Made by a program: the position numbers and the translations under genes. DNA of 64,000 bases from an uncultured Clostridium sp. (GTDB taxonomy: Bacteria > Bacillota > Clostridia > TANB77 > CAG-508). Positions 9,690-21,735 of the stretch are shown here, piece by piece. The stretch covers positions 12,351 to 76,350 of the forward strand of contig CAMTJT010000005.1 of NCBI GenBank assembly GCA_947073285.1, written 5' to 3'. The notes beneath the pieces are model-generated. The model did not search any database. It was not told the DNA's origin and was given only the letters and a program-made list of their open reading frames with translations. The number at the start of each line of letters is the position of its first letter. Position 1 is the stretch's first letter.

Positions 9690-10529
9690 TTAGCTGTCAA
9701 ATACGCTGAGGTAGTACAATGTTCCATCATTCATTTCAAGCTTAAACAGTACCTGCTCCTTTTCAGGAACCTGATAGGTAAAGTAGCTATACTCTGCTGC
9801 GTTGGTCAACTGTACCTCGGTGTAGTCTGCTGTTCCAACCACTGCATAAACTTTGCTAACCTCTCCATACATGTTTACTGTGATTTTTCCGTGGGTGTTC
9901 AGCTCTAGCTTTGTTTCCAGCAGTGAAGTGGTAGCATCGCTTGTCACCTTAGAGGATGCCTTCCTTACGCGATCTTTGTAATTGTTTTCAATCACAACTA
10001 CCTGGGGTGGCTCACATACAACCGGTGCCTGCGGTGTTTGGTTCGCCCCTTCTTCTGTAGGAACCTGATCACTTACAGGAGGCCTTGATGGTGCATATGA
10101 CTCTTGCTCAATGCCTGAACCTACTTCTCCAGCTGTAACACTCATCCACCACTCATACATCGCTTTGAACTCTTCGTCAGTAAGCTCTTTACCATTGGTA
10201 GTATTGGCGGGCTGGTTGGTATTGCTTTGGTCGCTCGGCTGTTGGTTTATGGTTCCCTGATTGTTCTGCTGGTCATTTATCTGGCCAGTAGCGGGCTGGT
10301 TTTCAATCTTGCCGTTCTTGAAATCCCTCACAATAAAACATACGTTACCAAAAAGGGAAATCAGCAGCAGTATTGCTAAAATCGGCGTAAGCTTGCGCCG
10401 ACCGCGGGGTCTTCTGGTACGATTTTCTCTCATGTCGTCCTCCTCATATGCACTGGTTTCGTCGTCAAAAAGATCCGCAAACTCGTCGTCCTCTTCGATA
10501 GGGGTCGCTCTGCTTGTGTCCTCTGCCAT
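9690..10529 (-). CDS. GC-rich single-pass membrane protein with an acidic cytoplasmic N-terminus and a Pro/Gln-rich extracytoplasmic region
   Basis: The likely start is MAEDTSRATP, preceded by GAGGAGG and a TGn-extended -10 (tgtgTTATAAT). TM segment ILAILLLISLFGNVCFIV follows the basic stretch RRPRGRRK, which uses in-frame CGG. GC is about 47%. Confidence 0.5.
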   Translation of the reverse strand: MAEDTSRATPIEEDDEFADLFDDETSAYEEDDMRENRTRRPRGRRKLTPILAILLLISLFGNVCFIVRDFKNGKIENQPATGQINDQQNNQGTINQQPSDQSNTNQPANTTNGKELTDEEFKAMYEWWMSVTAGEVGSGIEQESYAPSRPPVSDQVPTEEGANQTPQAPVVCEPPQVVVIENNYKDRVRKASSKVTSDATTSLLETKLELNTHGKITVNMYGEVSKVYAVVGTADYTEVQLTNAAEYSYFTYQVPEKEQVLFKLEMNDGTLYYLSVFDS

Positions 10530-10630
10530 GATGTGTTTCCTCCTCAAACATTTTTTTATTTTTCAAATTGGAATTTATCCATATCTTTATTATAACACAT
10601 TATGTAGCTTTTGGCAATTCATAGTATATT

Positions 10631-11686
10631 TTACTCCACCACAATATATTGATAACTACAAGCTCTAATTAATCTATTGGTAATTGCAAGCCCTATCCCT
10701 TGGTTACCACTTCCTTCTATTAATACTAAATTTACTTTTTCTTTATCTACTTTTCTTAAAAGAGTAAAAATGTTTTTTGCTATTTCGTCTAAATTCTCTC
10801 CTATGTTCCATTTTTTCGTAGCTATGTAATTTTCTAAGTTTTGTTTTTTTCCTAAAACTAATACTTCTTTTCCTTGTTTACTATACTGATTTGTTATTTC
10901 ATTGATTTTTTCTATCATTTTTTTGGTATTTTTTCCATATACCATTATACATTCTGTATTAGGTGCATAATGGCGATATTTCATTCCAGGTGAACTAACT
11001 TGTTCTCCACTTTTCACCTTTCCTAATATATGGCTATCAATTACAACTGAGCTTGCTACTTCTTCTAATTGTTCTTTTGTAATTTTTCCAGGTCTTAAAA
11101 TTGTGATTTGGTTTTCTTCTACTTTTATTACTGTAGACTCTAACCCAATATCTGAAAAACCTCCATCTAAAATATAGTCTACCTTTTCTTGTAATTCTTC
11201 TATAATATCGGGAACTTTTGTACCACTTGGCTTTCCAGATATGTTAGCACTTGGTGCTGCAATTGGAACTCCTGCAAACTCAATTAGCCTTTTTGCTATT
11301 TTATTACTTGGCATACGAATTCCAACTGTATCTAAATTAGCAGTTACTACATTAGGAATAATTCGATTATTTTTACGTTTAAAAATAATCGTTAATGGTC
11401 CTGGCCAAAATGTTTCTATTAGCTTTTTTTCTAATGGTGTTATTTGCTCTACTATTTCTTCTACCATTTGAATATTAGCAACATGTACTATTAGTGGGTT
11501 ATCTGCTGCTCTTCCTTTTGCTATAAATATTTTTCTTACTGCGTTTTCCTCTAAAGCATTTGCTCCTATTCCATATACAGTTTCTGTTGGAAATAGCACT
11601 AAATTTCCTTTTTTGATTTCTTCTGCTGCTTGTTTTAATTCATTTTCATTTATCTTTTCTTTTTGATTAGAATATTTTGCTATCAT
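10631..11686 (-). CDS. tsaC: L-threonylcarbamoyladenylate synthase (Sua5/YwlC type, with C-terminal domain)
   Basis: LVLFPTETVYGIGANA...PGPLT...SAN and a Sua5 C-terminal domain. Length 351 aa. Confidence 0.8.
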   Translation of the reverse strand: MIAKYSNQKEKINENELKQAAEEIKKGNLVLFPTETVYGIGANALEENAVRKIFIAKGRAADNPLIVHVANIQMVEEIVEQITPLEKKLIETFWPGPLTIIFKRKNNRIIPNVVTANLDTVGIRMPSNKIAKRLIEFAGVPIAAPSANISGKPSGTKVPDIIEELQEKVDYILDGGFSDIGLESTVIKVEENQITILRPGKITKEQLEEVASSVVIDSHILGKVKSGEQVSSPGMKYRHYAPNTECIMVYGKNTKKMIEKINEITNQYSKQGKEVLVLGKKQNLENYIATKKWNIGENLDEIAKNIFTLLRKVDKEKVNLVLIEGSGNQGIGLAITNRLIRACSYQYIVVE

Positions 11687-11943
11687 GTTTTTTTATTTCT
11701 CCTATCTCATGCTTACAAGATTTAACCTTTACATTGTTTTTTTGTGGCTTTATAAATGTTTCTAACTAGCTATTTATTAGCTTTTTCTTCATTCATTATA
11801 CTCCCTTTTTTATGTTTGTGCAACTGTATTTAGTTTCAGTTCAAGGCAATCAATTTTTATCACCTTGTGGAATTTACTTTTTTAATTAACCCAATTCAGG
11901 GCAATTTCATTTAATATTACAATTTTGTAATGGTAGATGAAGC

Positions 11944-14481
11944 TACTGTAGTTGCAGTTTTGGTCTGATTTTTATTTTTCCGTTTTTAGTAACTGTTATT
12001 GTTATTTCTCCATTTGAATCTGTTCTATAAATAGCTGTACCGCAGACTTTCTAAGCTATCTAAAGTAATTTGACTTGGATGCCCAAATTTATTGTTTTCT
12101 CCTACTCCGTATAAGTGCTATTTTAGGTTTTACTAGTTCTAACCATGGTTTTGTAGAAGAGGTTTTAGACCCATGATGTGCAACTTTTAAAACTGTTGCT
12201 TCTAAATTTTTAGTGGTTTGATATAGCTCTATCATTTGATTTTCTGCTATTTGTTCAATATCGCCAGTAAATAGCATACTAAAACTAATTTGCTTATTAT
12301 TTTGCATACAAAATTTAGCTACAATAGAGTTATTATTAAGTACATTAGAAGAAATGAGTTGTTTTTGTGGAAATAAAATTTCAAAGTAACAGTTTTTATC
12401 TATTGGTACTTTATCTCCTGCAGTAACTACTAATATTTTAACTTTTTTCTTTTTTAATAAATTTAAGAGTTGTTTAAAATTATTAGAAACTTCACCTTGT
12501 TTGCTAATAATAATATTTTTTACTTGCAATTTTTCTACTATGGTTACTAAACCGTTTACAATGGTCTGAATCAAAGTGTGAAAACATCATATAGTCTATT
12601 TTCGAAATTCCTTTATCTAATAAATATGGTAGTAGTGTTTGCTCTCCTACATCAAAACTACCTATATCACTGCCTCCACCATCTATTAAAATTTTCTTTC
12701 TAGAGGGTGTTTCAATAAGAATACTATCTCCGTTGCCCCACATCTATACAATGTATTTTTAGCTCATTTGTAGGAAAAATTTTTAGAAAATTGGGAAGAA
12801 TAAGAAGAAAAACAAGTAGTATATAAGTTCTTTTAACAGTTCTTTTTATTATTTGATTTAAATCTATTTCCAAGTTTACTTTGCATTTTAGATTTAAAAA
12901 TTGTAAAAATTTCGTGAAATATTTTTCAATTTTGCTTTTATTGAAAAGTAAATATACTAATAAATAGTAGATAAAAATTTGCCATAGTTTTGGTGTTGGT
13001 AAAAATATTTGTGAAAATGGAATTTGACTAGCCAAATTAGTGATTTGAATAAATATTTGCAAAATGAAATTTAAAAAATAAGAAATAAAATGTGCTAATG
13101 GCTTACATATTATTAGAAATATTATAAAAACTAGACCTGTTATTAAGCTTATTCCAAAAATACTAGTTGCTAACAGATTAGAAATTAAGAAGGTAAGTGA
13201 TATTGTATTAAAGTGATAAAACATAATAGGAAATACCATAAGATTTGCCGCAAGTGAAACTTTTATAATTTGTTTTACTGCATTTAGTTTATTCTTTATG
13301 ATTGTATACTTAGCATTTTGCTGTTTTTGCTCTTGCATTCTTTCTTTTTCTAATATAGTTTTTGAAATTTTGATTTTCCCCATAAATGCTATTATTCCAA
13401 TTGTTCCACCAAAAGAAAGCTGAAAACCTATATCTAATACCGTATAGGGATTTATAAGTAAAATCATAAAATTACTAATTGCTAAGTTTTGATAAACATC
13501 TGCTTTTAAAAATAATATGTCTGCTAATAAGGTTAATATACACATGATGCATGCTCTTGTAACAGATGGTGTAAAATCTACTAATGCCATAAAAAAAATT
13601 AGAAACAAAATAATAAAAATTTTACTCCATCTTTTATGTAGTTTTAGTTTTTGAAAAAATGTATTAATTCCTAATAGCAAATAAGATATATGTGCCCCTG
13701 AAATAGCAAGCATATGTGATAAACTACTTTTTCTAAAACTATCCTTTATTTCTTTTGATATATCGCTCTTATCTCCTAGCAAAAGCCCAATACAAACACT
13801 AGCTGTGTGCTTTGGTAAAGTACTTTTTATTTTTTCTATTAATTTCATTTTAAATTGATATAACTTTGTAGAAATATAATTTGCTTGATTTTGTGCTATT
13901 TTAGTATAATTATTAGTTGTAACTATTCCTGCTATTTGCTTTGTTTTTAAGTATTGTTTATAATCAAATCCGCCTTCATTTCTAGCTATAGAGGGTATTT
14001 CATAATTTGCTATAAGTTCTATTTTATCTCCATAATTTAAGTAACTAGTATCACCTTTATTTTTCTTTATATGACATAATATTTTAAATTTTGTAAAACT
14101 TCTTTCTTGTGTGTTTATGTTTTCTATTTGTGTTACTTTTATTTGATAAGTATCTTTATATTCCTTTTGTTCTGGTTTAGAAATAATAATTCCTTGTATT
14201 TTTACTTCACTATTTCCATATTGTTTGTACTTTTGTTCATATTGTTTTTCTAAAAATATGGTATAACTAAAAAATACCATAAACGAAATAGCAAAAATAA
14301 GGAAAATTTTTAACTTTTGTTTTAGAAAAACCTTTATGAAAATACCTATCATTCCTATTATTATGCATATTATAAGAAAAAGAACTATACTATTTAAGTA
14401 TAGTCCTGTAAAAATTGCTAGTATAATTCCTACAGAGGCAATACAAAATGGTTTCATTTTTATCCTTTCTATTGCCCCCAA
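11944..14481 (-). CDS. comEC: Competence protein ComEC/Rec2 (DUF4131 + competence domain + metallo-beta-lactamase domain), broken into 5 frame segments by four +1 shifts, each at an in-frame CGG
   Basis: Frame segments: 12724-14481, 12504-12743, 12089-12574, and the tail to 11944. Removing the C at 12730, 12554, 12109 and 12042 restores IDVGQ-GDSILIETP...ILIDGGG, HFDSDHCK-GLVTIV, KIALI-GVGENNKFGHP and SLESL-GTAIYRTDSNGEITI. Confidence 0.6.
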
Positions 14482-14593
14482 TTTTTTATTTTTCTAGTTT
14501 CTTTTATTGTTTTACAAACTTCTTTTGTTTTAAATGTTTTTTCGTTTAGATGCTTACACAGTTTGTACTAAAAGATTTTTTATGCTAATTTGC

Positions 14594-15979
14594 TTAAATT
14601 AATCTAAGTCCTGCATAAAATCTTCCTGCATACATGGTGTTCAAACTTGAAATAGTAACTGTATACGTAGTTGTTGATGCATGTATAAAGTCTCCATTTC
14701 CTATATAAATACCACAATGGCCAATGCCTTTTCCTGTGCTATAGTCTGTTAAAAATACAATATCTCCTGTTTTTAAATCACTTTGTTTGGTTATTTTTGA
14801 CCCTTTTCCACTTTTATATTGTGAAGTTGCACCATGTGGAAGGGTTATTCCAAAGTGCTTATATACATACATCGTAAAACCTGAACAGTCAAAAGTACCT
14901 TTACTACCATCTCCCCCATATACATATTTATGCCCCATATATTGTTTTGCATAGGCTATAATATCAGTTCCTTTGGTGGTAGTATTACTTTCATTTTTAA
15001 CTGTAGTACTTTGCTGTGAAGTTTGTTTTTGTTCTTCTTTAGGTTGCTCGTTTTTTTCTTCTACTTGATTTATTTCTTGTGTTCTTGTTTGATTACTTCT
15101 TGATGTTATCTTTTTGCTATTTGAAACAAATTCTTTTGAAATATAGCCTGTATCATTACCAGATTTTACTTTATACCACGTACCCTCTTCTCCAATAATC
15201 GTAATTTGTGCATTTAAGGTAAGTACTTTTACAATAGCAGTATTAGTTCCTGCTCCTTTTCTAAGATTAACATATTCTTCATTAATGTAGGCTGTTTTTT
15301 CTGTGCTTGTTGTAGAGTTTGTTTCTGTATTATTTCCTGATGTACTTCCTGCTAAATTGCTAGATGTAGCATCTCCTTCTGTTAAACAATCATTTCTAAC
15401 CCAACCACTAATGGTATCTGCTTGGATATATGACCATGTAGTTGTTTGTGTAAGTAAAATAACTTGATTGCCTTTTTTCATTTCTCCTATTTTACTTGAA
15501 TATATTAATGGCAATATTTTTACATCTGCATTTTTAGTAAATTTTTTATATACTATGTTATTTTGAGTTTGATTATCCTCTTTTGGTTCTTGCTCAGTAT
15601 TATTATTTGTGTTTGAGTTATCACTATTTGAACCATCATTTGGCTTATTATCACTTGAATTGCCATTTGTTTCATTTGTGTTTGGTTTTTCTTCTGGTTT
15701 TATATTTGGCTCTTCTACCAAACTAGCATATTGTTTACTAATATAACCTGTATAATTTTTATATTTTATTTGATACCAATCACCTTGTTCTTTTAGTAAT
15801 TCACATTCTACCCCTTTTGAAATCATAGCAATTACTGAGCTACTAGTAGAAGGCTCTTTTCTTATGTTTAATGTATCTCCTGTAACTTTAACAGTTGCTG
15901 CTTTTGAAGTTACATGCATAATACAAACCACTGTTGCCATTAATATTCCTGTTAAAATTATTTTTCTCAAAAGTTTCAT
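14594..15979 (-). CDS. Secreted cell-wall hydrolase: signal peptide, two SH3b domains and a C-terminal NlpC/P60 endopeptidase
   Basis: SH3_3-like segment TGDTLNIRKEPSTSS...GDWYQIKYKNYTGYISKQY appears twice. NlpC/P60 motifs DCSGFTMYVY ... GHCGIYIGNGDFIHAS. Confidence 0.8.
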   Translation of the reverse strand: MKLLRKIILTGILMATVVCIMHVTSKAATVKVTGDTLNIRKEPSTSSSVIAMISKGVECELLKEQGDWYQIKYKNYTGYISKQYASLVEEPNIKPEEKPNTNETNGNSSDNKPNDGSNSDNSNTNNNTEQEPKEDNQTQNNIVYKKFTKNADVKILPLIYSSKIGEMKKGNQVILLTQTTTWSYIQADTISGWVRNDCLTEGDATSSNLAGSTSGNNTETNSTTSTEKTAYINEEYVNLRKGAGTNTAIVKVLTLNAQITIIGEEGTWYKVKSGNDTGYISKEFVSNSKKITSRSNQTRTQEINQVEEKNEQPKEEQKQTSQQSTTVKNESNTTTKGTDIIAYAKQYMGHKYVYGGDGSKGTFDCSGFTMYVYKHFGITLPHGATSQYKSGKGSKITKQSDLKTGDIVFLTDYSTGKGIGHCGIYIGNGDFIHASTTTYTVTISSLNTMYAGRFYAGLRLI

Positions 15980-16080
15980 AAAAGATTTCTCTCCTTTTTA
16001 TATCTTATGCATTTTTCTTGAAATCTCTTACAGTATATAATTAAATACCCCAAAAGTCAATTCATAACCGACATTTTTCA

Positions 16081-16461
16081 CTATTTTTCTTGTTTTGCAA
16101 AATAAATTTGCTTATTTTTATTATCTATTTCAAATTCATGTTCTGATACTCTTATAAGTGCTGTTCCAATTGGCAAATTCAAATACTTTATAATATCTAA
16201 GTCATAATTACAAATCGTATTAATTGAAAATATATTTACATTAGAAACTTCATTAATATATTCCTCTGTTTCATCTCCTTTCATAAATCTCCAACCACTA
16301 TCTGGTCTTCCTTCATCTGGCTTTTCTCTATACATATACCCTACTTTCCAACCTTCTTTAGTAATTTTATTAGAAGCAAGACATCCTTCTCCATTTGCCT
16401 CTTTCCAATCAATTAAATTTTCTATTTCAATTTTTATAAACCCTTTTTCATCATATTCCAT
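16081..16461 (-). CDS. DUF2185/Imm33-like small protein
   Basis: RPDSGWRFMKGDETEEY motif resembles DUF2185 (assigned from memory, moderate confidence). Confidence 0.4.
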   Translation of the reverse strand: MEYDEKGFIKIEIENLIDWKEANGEGCLASNKITKEGWKVGYMYREKPDEGRPDSGWRFMKGDETEEYINEVSNVNIFSINTICNYDLDIIKYLNLPIGTALIRVSEHEFEIDNKNKQIYFAKQEK

Positions 16462-16552
16462 TTATTTTTCCTCCATAGTTTCTTTCAAAACAAAATGAGA
16501 CGTTTACAATTTCTTGCATACGCCTCATTCTTCTTATATTATTAAGCTTAAA

Positions 16553-17755
16553 TTAAGCAATAATTTCAGATACTACACCTGAACCTACTGTACGTCCACC
16601 TTCACGAATAGCGAATCTTAATCCGTTTTCGATAGCGATTGGAGTAATAAGTTCGATTGTCATATCAATGTTATCTCCTGGCATAACCATTTCTGTACCA
16701 GCTTGTAAATCAATAACACCTGTAACGTCTGTTGTTCTAAAATAGAATTGTGGTCTATATCCATTGAAGAATGGTGTATGACGTCCACCTTCTTCTTTTG
16801 TTAGAACGTATACTTGTGCTTTGAATTTTGTATGTGGATGAATTGTTCCTGGTTTTGCTAATACTTGACCACGTTCAATTTCATCTCTTGTTGTTCCTCT
16901 TAATAGAACACCAATGTTATCTCCAGCTTCTGCTTGGTCTAATGTTTTTCTAAACATTTCTACACCAGTAATAACTGTTTTGCTAGATTCTGCTTTTAAA
17001 CCAACGATTTCAACTTCGTCTTGTAGTTTAACAACTCCTCTTTCAACTCTACCAGTAACAACTGTACCTCTACCACTGATTGTCATAACGTCTTCGATTG
17101 GCATTAAGAATGGTTGGTCTGTTGGTCTGTCTGGTGTTGGAATGTAGCTATCAACTGCTTCCATTAATTCTTTCATTGGAGCATATACAGCATCATTAGG
17201 ATCTGTAGCTGAGCTCTCTAATACTTTTAATGAAGATCCTTTTACGATTGGAATTTCATCTCCTGGGAAATCATAGCTTGATAATAAGTCTCTAACTTCC
17301 ATTTCAACTAATTCTAATAATTCTGGATCATCAACCATATCACATTTATTTAAGTAAACTACGATATATTTAACACCTACTTGTCTTGCTAATAGGATAT
17401 GCTCTCTTGTTTGAGGCATTGGTCCATCAGCTGCTGATACTACTAGAATAGCACCATCCATCTGAGCTGCACCTGTAATCATGTTCTTTACGTAGTCAGC
17501 ATGTCCTGGACAGTCAACGTGTGCATAGTGTCTATTTTCTGTTTCGTATTCTACGTGAGCTGTGTTGATTGTAATTCCTCTTTCTCTTTCTTCTGGAGCT
17601 TTGTCGATTTGATCATAAGCTTCATATTGTGCTTTACCAAATAAAGCTAGGTATTTTGTGATAGCTGCTGTTGTTGTTGTTTTTCCATGGTCAACGTGTC
17701 CGATTGTACCAATGTTAACGTGTGGCTTTGTTCTTTCAAATTTTGCTTTAGCCAT
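16553..17755 (-). CDS. tuf: Elongation factor Tu
   Basis: [17 protein letters not shown] and NKCD motifs. Length 400 aa. Confidence 0.97.
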   Translation of the reverse strand: MAKAKFERTKPHVNIGTIGHVDHGKTTTTAAITKYLALFGKAQYEAYDQIDKAPEERERGITINTAHVEYETENRHYAHVDCPGHADYVKNMITGAAQMDGAILVVSAADGPMPQTREHILLARQVGVKYIVVYLNKCDMVDDPELLELVEMEVRDLLSSYDFPGDEIPIVKGSSLKVLESSATDPNDAVYAPMKELMEAVDSYIPTPDRPTDQPFLMPIEDVMTISGRGTVVTGRVERGVVKLQDEVEIVGLKAESSKTVITGVEMFRKTLDQAEAGDNIGVLLRGTTRDEIERGQVLAKPGTIHPHTKFKAQVYVLTKEEGGRHTPFFNGYRPQFYFRTTDVTGVIDLQAGTEMVMPGDNIDMTIELITPIAIENGLRFAIREGGRTVGSGVVSEIIA

Positions 17756-17767
17756 TTTATTTTTCCT

Positions 17768-17832
17768 CCTTGTTATAAGTTAGCTCTTAGCGAGCTTGCG
17801 AGCTTTACAGATAACTTATACAGAAATGCAAA
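17768..17832. repeat. Structured intergenic element (copy A) between fusA and tuf, related to repeats at 20084-20234
   Basis: The reverse complement contains ctgtaaagctcgCaaGctcgctaaGag, matching the 20.1-20.2 kb repeats ctgtaaagctcgTaaActcgctaaCag. It is flanked by the imperfect inverted repeat taagtta/taactta. Confidence 0.45.
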
Positions 17833-17968
17833 AGCATTTGCATAATCTTTATAAAAGCTCCTTCTCGCCTTGCTACTATTTATTTTTAAATATTAAAAAC
17901 TTTGTATACATTTGCATTTTATAACATTTCTTTTAAAAATGCAAGTGCTTTTATGATTTTTTAAGCTA

Positions 17969-20053
17969 TTAATCTTGTTTTTTAGCTCTTGATGCAACAA
18001 TTGTATCAAATACTGATTTTGGAACTTCTTCATAATGGCTTGGTTCCATTGAATAAGTACCTCTACCTTGTGTTTTTGAACGTAAGTCTGTTGCATAACC
18101 AAACATTTCTGATAATGGAATAAATGCTCTAATTACTTGATTTCCTTGAATAGCTTCCATTCCTTCCATTTTACCACGTCTTGAGTTAATATCTCCAATA
18201 ACATCTCCCATGTATTCTTCTGGAACTGTTACTTCAACTTTCATGATTGGCTCTAAAATAACTGATTTAGCTTGTTTACATCCTTCTTTGAATGCCATAG
18301 AACCAGCAATCTTAAATGCCATTTCTGAAGAGTCAACTTCGTGGTAAGAACCATCTACAAGTGTTGCTTTAAAGTCAATTACAGGGTAACCTGCTAAAAT
18401 ACCGTTTAGAGAAGCTTCTCTAACACCTTCTTCGATTGGTTTGATGTATTCTTTTGGAACAGCTCCACCAACGATTTTGCTTTCAAATTCAACTCCGCTT
18501 CCTGCCTCTAATGGTTCCATTTCTAACCATACATCACCATATTGTCCACGACCACCAGATTGACGAATGAATTTACCTTGTACTTTAACTTTGTTTCTAA
18601 TAGTTTCTTTGTAAGAAACTTGTGGTTTACCTACACTACATTCAACTTTGAATTCTCTTTTTAAACGATCAACAATGATATCTAAGTGTAACTCACCCAT
18701 ACCAGCGATGATAGTTTGACCAGATTCTTGATCTGTCCAAGTTTTGAAAGTTGGATCTTCTTCAGCAAGCTTTGATAAAGCAATTCCCATTTTTTCACTA
18801 TTTGCCTTATCTTTTGGTTCAATAGCGATATCAATAACTGGCTCAGGGAATTCCATTGATTCTAGAATGATTGGGTGCGCAGGATCACATAATGTATCAC
18901 CTGTTCCAACATCTTTCAATCCTACTGCTGCTGCAATATCACCTGCATATACTTTATCAATATCTTCTCTGTGATTTGAGTGCATTAATAGAATTCTTCC
19001 CATTCTATCTTTCTTATCTTTGTTTGCATTTAAAATAGTTGAACCTGCATCTAATGTACCAGAATATACTCTAAAGAAGCATATTTTTCCAACAAATGGA
19101 TCTGTTGCAATTTTAAATGCTAAAGCTGCAAATGGTTCACTATCAGATGTCTTTCTTTCAGCTTCATTTCCATCCATATCAACACCTTTAATATCTGCAA
19201 TATCAAGTGGTGATGGCATAAATTCTACAACTGCATTTAGTAATTCTTGTACACCTTTATTTTTATATGAAGAACCACAGCATACAGGAATAATTTTATT
19301 TCCAATTGTACCTAATCTAATACCTTTTTTGATTTCTTCTTCAGATAGTTCTCCACCATCTAAATATTTCATCATTAATTCATCATCTTGCTCTGCTGCA
19401 GCTTCTACTAATTTAGCTCTGTATTCTTCTGATTGTGCTTTCATATCTTCTGGTACATCTGTCTCTTCGATTTCTTTTCCTAAATCGTCTTTATGAATGA
19501 AAGCTCTCATTTTAATTAAGTCTACAACACCTTTAAAATTTTCTTCTGTTCCAATTGGTAATTGAATTGGAACTGCATTTGCTTTTAATCTATTTTTCAA
19601 TTGATCAACACAAAGCATAAAGTCAGCACCAGTAGTATCCATTTTGTTTACATATACCATTCTTGGAACTGAATACTTATCAGCTTGTCTCCAAACTGTT
19701 TCTGTTTGTGGTTGAACACCACCTTTAGCTGCTAATACTGTAACAGCTCCATCAAGAACTTTTAAAGATCTTTGAACTTCTACAGTAAAGTCTACGTGTC
19801 CAGGTGTATCAATGATATTGATACGGTGTCCTAGCCATTGACAAGTTGTAGCAGCAGAAGTAATTGTAATACCTCTTTCTTGCTCTTGAACCATCCAATC
19901 CATTGTTGCTCCACCATCGTGAACCTCACCAATTTTGTGAGTTTTTCCAGTATAGAAAAGTATTCTCTCTGTTGTTGTGGTTTTTCCTGCATCAATGTGA
20001 GCCATGATTCCTATATTTCTTGTTTTCTCTAAAGGAAACTCTCTTCCAGCCAC
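17969..20053 (-). CDS. fusA: Elongation factor G
   Basis: AHIDAGKTT and DTPGHVDF motifs. Length 694 aa. Confidence 0.97.
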   Translation of the reverse strand: MAGREFPLEKTRNIGIMAHIDAGKTTTTERILFYTGKTHKIGEVHDGGATMDWMVQEQERGITITSAATTCQWLGHRINIIDTPGHVDFTVEVQRSLKVLDGAVTVLAAKGGVQPQTETVWRQADKYSVPRMVYVNKMDTTGADFMLCVDQLKNRLKANAVPIQLPIGTEENFKGVVDLIKMRAFIHKDDLGKEIEETDVPEDMKAQSEEYRAKLVEAAAEQDDELMMKYLDGGELSEEEIKKGIRLGTIGNKIIPVCCGSSYKNKGVQELLNAVVEFMPSPLDIADIKGVDMDGNEAERKTSDSEPFAALAFKIATDPFVGKICFFRVYSGTLDAGSTILNANKDKKDRMGRILLMHSNHREDIDKVYAGDIAAAVGLKDVGTGDTLCDPAHPIILESMEFPEPVIDIAIEPKDKANSEKMGIALSKLAEEDPTFKTWTDQESGQTIIAGMGELHLDIIVDRLKREFKVECSVGKPQVSYKETIRNKVKVQGKFIRQSGGRGQYGDVWLEMEPLEAGSGVEFESKIVGGAVPKEYIKPIEEGVREASLNGILAGYPVIDFKATLVDGSYHEVDSSEMAFKIAGSMAFKEGCKQAKSVILEPIMKVEVTVPEEYMGDVIGDINSRRGKMEGMEAIQGNQVIRAFIPLSEMFGYATDLRSKTQGRGTYSMEPSHYEEVPKSVFDTIVASRAKKQD

Positions 20054-20083
20054 CTTTTTATCCTCCTATTTATAATTTTTATT

Positions 20084-20234
20084 TATAATACAACCTTGCT
20101 AATTGCTTTAGTTGTATCTAATAACTGTAAAGCTCGTAAACTCGCTAACAGTCTAATTTTGTTTGTAATACAACCTTGCTAATCGTTTCGGTTGTATCAA
20201 ATAACTGTAAAGCTCGTAAACTCGCTAACAGTTA
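20084..20234. repeat. Two tandem ~70-bp structured repeats (copies B and C) between rpsG and fusA
   Basis: Both copies follow the pattern atacaaccttgctaat(t/c)g(c/t)tt...gttgtat...aataactgtaaagctcgtaaactcgctaacagt, at about 90% identity. Each copy has two hairpins: atacaacc/ggttgtat and aataactgt/acagttatt. Confidence 0.6.
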
Positions 20235-20705
20235 TTAGAATTTGTAATGAGCAAAAGCACGGTTTGCTTCAGCCATTTTATGCATATCTTCTTTCTTTTT
20301 GAATGCTCCACCATTTCCTGCTACTGCTTCCATGATTTCATTTGCTAATTTCTCAGCCATTGTTTTTTCATGTCTTTTTCTAGCATATATAACAAGCCAT
20401 CTTAAACCTAAAGTTTGTCTTCTTTCTGGTCTAATTTCGATTGGTACTTGGTATGTAGCACCACCAATTCTTCTTGCTTTTACTTCAAGAACTGGCATAA
20501 CATTTTCTAAAGCTGCTTGGAAAACTTCTAGTGGATCTTTTTGCTCTTTTTCTTTTATCATATCAAATGCATCATATACAATTGCTTGAGCAACTGTTTT
20601 TTTACCATCTAACATAACATTGTTGATTAGTTTTGTTACAACTTTGCTATTATATATTGGATCTGGTAAAACTTCTCTTTTTGCAATATATCCTTTTCTT
20701 GGCAC
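20235..20705 (-). CDS. rpsG: 30S ribosomal protein S7 (GTG start)
   Basis: AAAGGAGGG RBS followed 7 nt later by GTG CCA AGA AAA GGA (VPRKG...). The ATG at 20732 used by the ORF track would place the RBS inside the CDS. Length 156 aa. Confidence 0.9.
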   Translation of the reverse strand: MPRKGYIAKREVLPDPIYNSKVVTKLINNVMLDGKKTVAQAIVYDAFDMIKEKEQKDPLEVFQAALENVMPVLEVKARRIGGATYQVPIEIRPERRQTLGLRWLVIYARKRHEKTMAEKLANEIMEAVAGNGGAFKKKEDMHKMAEANRAFAHYKF

Positions 20706-20984
20706 TATTCTTCCCTCCTTTTTTATTTTCATACATATTTTGTATGTTTTTCGGTACTCTGAATTTTAATTTCTAATTTTTTTGTATAATAAAAGTGCTT
20801 TGCTATATAATAAAAACTTATTAATTTTAAAAGTTCAACTTTTTAAGTTTAATATTTTTTACAAGCTCTTAGAAATCAAATTCCGTATAGCGCTATATTT
20901 AATCTAAATTTAAGTACCTTAAATTAGTAATTGTATAGCACCATTATTTAATTTTTTAAACCAAATTTAAAACTATTTATTTTA

Positions 20985-21398
20985 TTATTTTTTTGGTTTT
21001 TTAGCTCCATACTTAGAGCGTGCTTGCATTCTGTCTTTAACACCTGCTGTATCTAATGTTCCTCTAATGATGTGGTATCTAACACCTGGAAGATCTTTTA
21101 CCCTTCCTCCTCTAATTAGAACGACACTATGTTCTTGTAGGTTGTGACCAATACCTGGAATATAAGAAGTTACTTCATATCCATTAGATAACCTTACTCT
21201 GGCAACTTTTCTTAAAGCTGAGTTTGGTTTTTTAGGTGTTACAGTTTTTACAACAGTACATACACCTCTTTTTTGTGGAGATCTTCTATTTGTCATTTTT
21301 TTATTCATAGAATTATACCCATGTTGTAATGCTGGTGCTGTTGACTTTGTACTTGAACTTTTTCTTCCTTTTCTTACTAATTGATTGATTGTTGGCAC
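20985..21398 (-). CDS. rpsL: 30S ribosomal protein S12
   Basis: [12 protein letters not shown]...PNSALRKV... Length 137 aa. Confidence 0.97.
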   Translation of the reverse strand: MPTINQLVRKGRKSSSTKSTAPALQHGYNSMNKKMTNRRSPQKRGVCTVVKTVTPKKPNSALRKVARVRLSNGYEVTSYIPGIGHNLQEHSVVLIRGGRVKDLPGVRYHIIRGTLDTAGVKDRMQARSKYGAKKPKK

Positions 21399-21564
21399 TT
21401 AAATTTCACCTCTTTTCTTATTTTTTGTTTTCTTTTAGTTTTTTGTAATATTTATTACATAACTGTTCAAATAGAATAAAATTTAAAATAAGCAAAACTT
21501 ATTACATTTTGCTATATAAATTATAGCACTTTTAAACAATTATGCTTTAATATTACAATTGTAT

Positions 21565-21625
21565 AACATAAAAGAACCATTAGGGAAATACGCATTATAC
21601 GTATTTTACACTAACGGTTCTTATT
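21565..21625 (-). terminator. Rho-independent terminator downstream of the 888-aa coiled-coil gene, separating it from rpsL
   Basis: 11-bp stem agaaccattag/ctaacggttct with an internal hairpin aatacg/cgtatt. A T-run follows on the minus strand. Confidence 0.5.
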
Positions 21626-21735
21626 TTATCATTTTTATCGTTTAAAGTCAAGATATATTGCGAAGTTTATGGAATTTTTGAATAAAGTTTTATATTATTT
21701 CAACTAGTAAATTTTAGAAATACTCTAATTTTAAA

